From contig CAWBMN010000018.1 in the NCBI GenBank assembly GCA_963789945.1, positions 213,542-277,541 on the forward strand: a DNA stretch of 64,000 nt. Direction: 5' to 3'. Positions 61,870 to 64,000 of this stretch are shown here, in pieces (position 1 is the stretch's first letter; each line of letters begins with the position of its first letter). The DNA comes from an uncultured beta proteobacterium (GTDB lineage Bacteria; Pseudomonadota; Gammaproteobacteria; Burkholderiales; JACQAP01). The notes below the pieces were generated by a model. The model ran no database searches, was not told the DNA's origin, and worked only from the letters and a program-made list of their open reading frames with translations. The translations under genes were made by a program, and so were the position numbers.

Positions 61870-63042
61870 TTAGACCGCTTTCCCGAGGGCTCGTTTCACC
61901 AAGAGTTGCTTGAGCGGCAGGAATTGATTGGTCAGATTCAGCCCCGCGTTGCGAAGCCACGAAACGCCCGGCAGGGAACTGCCGAACAGCTTGTGCAGCC
62001 CATCGGTGACGCACTCCATCGCCAGGATGTCTTCCTTGCGGCTGCGTTCATAACGCCGCAACAGCATCGTTGCCCCGCAGTCGTCCTCCAGCCCGCGGCC
62101 GCCGATAACCTCGGCAAGAGATTCCACATCGGCGATTCCGAGGTTCAACCCCTGCCCGGCAAGCGGGTGCACAGTGTGTGCGGCGTCCCCCAGCAGGGCA
62201 AGGCGCGGTGCGATCAGACGCGTGGCACGCAGGCGCCGCAATGCAAATGCGGCGGCGGCCCCCGTATTTCGCATCGCGCCAAGCCTGTGCGATGCCGCAT
62301 CCCCGACCGCGTGCGCAAGTTCCTCGCCGTTCATTGCCAGAAGTTCCTGCGCATGCGCATCCGCGGTGGACCACACCATGGACACCTGGCTCCGAGGCAG
62401 GGGCAGCAGCGCGAGCACGCCATCTTTGCGGAACCACTGGTACGCCGCGTTGCGATGCGGCTTCTCGACATGGAAGTTGGCGACCACGCCCCTCTGGCCG
62501 TATTCGTGAACCTTGACCTCGATACCTGCCTGCGACCGCGTTCCCGACTCGGCACCGTCGGCCGCGATCACCAGCCGCGCTTGCAGCTCCGCGCCATTTG
62601 AGAGCTCCAGTACGGCTGCCGACTCCGTCCAGTGCGCGCGCAGGCATTCGACGCCGCTCAACAGCGCGAGATCTGCCTGCCCCTCGAGTGATGCGGCCAG
62701 CGCATGCCGTAGATTGGACTCTTCCACAATTGCCGCAAGCTCGAAGACGCCGCTGCGGTAGGCACTGAACTCGAGCTTCGAACTGCCGTCATCGCCGACT
62801 ACCAGCATCTCCTGCACCGGCGCAACGCGCTCCGGCGCGAGCTTCGGCCATATGCCCCAGTCCTCAAGACAGCGCACGCTGCGTGGATTGAGCGCATAGA
62901 CGCGCAAGTCGAATCCCGCAAGAGGCAATGGGCGCGCCGATCTGGGCTCGACCAGTGCGAGGCTCAACCCGCTGCGGCAAAGCGCACGTGCGATGCAGCC
63001 CCCAACCAATCCTCCGCCTACAATGGCGATGTCCACCTTCAT
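61870..63042 (-). CDS. UbiH/UbiF/VisC/COQ6-family FAD-dependent hydroxylase
   Basis: VDIAIVGGGLVGG, LLGDAAHTVHPLAGQG. Confidence 0.85.
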   Translation of the reverse strand: MKVDIAIVGGGLVGGCIARALCRSGLSLALVEPRSARPLPLAGFDLRVYALNPRSVRCLEDWGIWPKLAPERVAPVQEMLVVGDDGSSKLEFSAYRSGVFELAAIVEESNLRHALAASLEGQADLALLSGVECLRAHWTESAAVLELSNGAELQARLVIAADGAESGTRSQAGIEVKVHEYGQRGVVANFHVEKPHRNAAYQWFRKDGVLALLPLPRSQVSMVWSTADAHAQELLAMNGEELAHAVGDAASHRLGAMRNTGAAAAFALRRLRATRLIAPRLALLGDAAHTVHPLAGQGLNLGIADVESLAEVIGGRGLEDDCGATMLLRRYERSRKEDILAMECVTDGLHKLFGSSLPGVSWLRNAGLNLTNQFLPLKQLLVKRALGKAV

Positions 63043-63165
63043 GAGGGCAGTCTACTACGGGGCACGGGGCCACGCGCAGGGGGCGGCTTCCTTGACAATG
63101 CGGGGGGCCGTCAGTAACCTTTCGCTCCCTTTGCGCGGTCACAGCAGATTGAACGAAAGCTTTCC

Positions 63166-63242
63166 GGTGATATAGCTCAGTTGGTTAGAGCACAGCACTC
63201 ATAATGCTGGGGTCGGTGGTTCAAGTCCACCTATCACCACCA
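63166..63242 (+). tRNA. tRNA-Met (CAT), elongator-like
   Basis: The acceptor GGTGATA pairs with TATCACC and is followed by ACCA. The D-arm is AGCTCAGTTGGTTAGAGC, the anticodon loop is CTCATAA, and the T-arm is GGTTCAAGTCC. It closely resembles the E. coli metT sequence as I recall it. A lysidine tRNA-Ile2 cannot be fully excluded. Confidence 0.9.
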
Positions 63243-63520
63243 GGACAATGTGGCACGGGACCGGGGGTTTGCGGCCATGCGAATCCGCAGTCTTGACGCC
63301 AGAACTGTCGTGCGCCAGGGCGCCCCGCCGCTGCGCCGGGCCGGCCCGCTTCCCACAATGTCCCGCAAACACGGTAAACTCTTAACTTCCTGATTTTCTT
63401 ATGGTTGGACGCAACCGAGGTCTGGGGTTCGACATCGGACTGAGTATCGCGATGTCCTCGTCCGGGGTTCATTTTCCGTGACCTGTTGCGTCCGCCGAGC
63501 GACCATTGCCGCGATCAAGA

Positions 63521-63937
63521 ATGCGTAATGTCTGTGCCGCCTGCGCGATTGTCATGCTGTCCCTGATCGCGGCGCCCTCCGCGGCGCTCGATCGTTTGTT
63601 CCCCCCCAACGCCAGTCGGGGTGAACTCAAGGCACACCAGTACCCGCTCTACAAGATCGGCAAGAGAACCTATCGCATGTCGCCAGGCGGTCGGATATTC
63701 AGCCAGCAGAACCTGATCATGATGCCGGCGTCGTTGCAGGGGCAGACCGGGCAGATCATGTATGCGGTCGACATCAACGGCCAGCTGTCGGCGATCTGGA
63801 TACTGACCCCGGAGGAGGCCAAGAAGTACAAGTTGTCTAAGGTGGACGCCGAAGAAAAGAGAAAACTGGAGGAGGAAAAGAAGAAGCGCGAAGAAGAGGA
63901 AAAGAAGAAGAAAGAAGCGGCGGGAAGTAGTAGTTAG
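63521..63937 (+). CDS. hypothetical secreted protein with a Lys/Glu-rich tail
   Basis: Signal-like MRNVCAACAIVMLSLIAAPSAA and a C-terminal EEKRKLEEEKKKREEEEKKKKE. I recognise no family. Confidence 0.45.
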   Translation: MRNVCAACAIVMLSLIAAPSAALDRLFPPNASRGELKAHQYPLYKIGKRTYRMSPGGRIFSQQNLIMMPASLQGQTGQIMYAVDINGQLSAIWILTPEEAKKYKLSKVDAEEKRKLEEEKKKREEEEKKKKEAAGSSS

Positions 63938-63944
63938 ATCGGCA

Positions 63945-64000
63945 ATGAAAAAGCTCTACATCCGAACCTTTGGCTGCCAGATGAACGAGTACGACTCGGA
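63945..64000 (+). CDS. miaB: tRNA-2-methylthio-N6-dimethylallyladenosine synthase, N-terminal fragment (runs off the window)
   Basis: MKKLYIRTFGCQMNEYDS is the canonical MiaB N-terminus. Confidence 0.8.
   Translation, partial: MKKLYIRTFGCQMNEYDS

Overview
High-GC bacterial chromosomal window. Its gene order looks betaproteobacterial by my recollection of synteny; I ran no search. From left to right it contains: (1) an LPS/O-antigen block on 1-14039 (GT4-like glycosyltransferase, Wzx-type flippase, methyltransferase, LbH acyltransferase, ACP, KAS-III-like enzyme, unknown 204-aa protein, DegT-type aminotransferase, galE, fcl, gmd, manC, waaC, waaA); (2) housekeeping genes: 5-FTHF cyclo-ligase, tolC, pcm-like, TPP riboswitch plus thiC, hydrolase, uppP, rhodanese, glnA-ntrB-ntrC, xth, prlC, pyrC'-pyrB-pyrR-ruvX-yqgE, an ECF sigma/DUF3619/DUF3106/RDD block, lptG-lptF, pepA-holC, valS, an MFS transporter, a porin, trpC-trpD-trpG-trpE, gph, rpe, apaG, mltA, a TonB-like protein, dsbC, a ubiH-family hydroxylase, tRNA-Met and the miaB start. 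The coding content is ordinary. The unusual part lies between the genes. I count 17 intergenic cassettes, each built as a short tandem-repeat arm (7-8 nt period), a variable core, and the reverse-complement arm. Eleven have CACGAAG arms. Two have AAGGATG arms and each carries an intact four-helix-bundle (23S-IVS/Avd-like) ORF. One CACGAAG cassette carries an intact GxxExxY PD-(D/E)XK ORF, and several short cores look like decayed GxxExxY fragments. One cassette sits between ntrB and ntrC with its ORF stop overlapping the ntrC ATG, and cassettes occupy the trpG/trpD and trpD/trpC junctions and the spacer just downstream of trpC. Other points: five core genes (xth, lptF, valS, trpC, trpD) have broken reading frames, most simply explained as sequence or assembly indels; there is an AT-richer 2OG-oxygenase-like gene next to a roughly 570-bp IS5-like MITE; and there is a 25-copy GTGCGAG tandem array. 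Everything here comes from reading the sequence and ORF track by eye. Family names rest on remembered motifs, not on searches, and repeat coordinates are good to a few nt.
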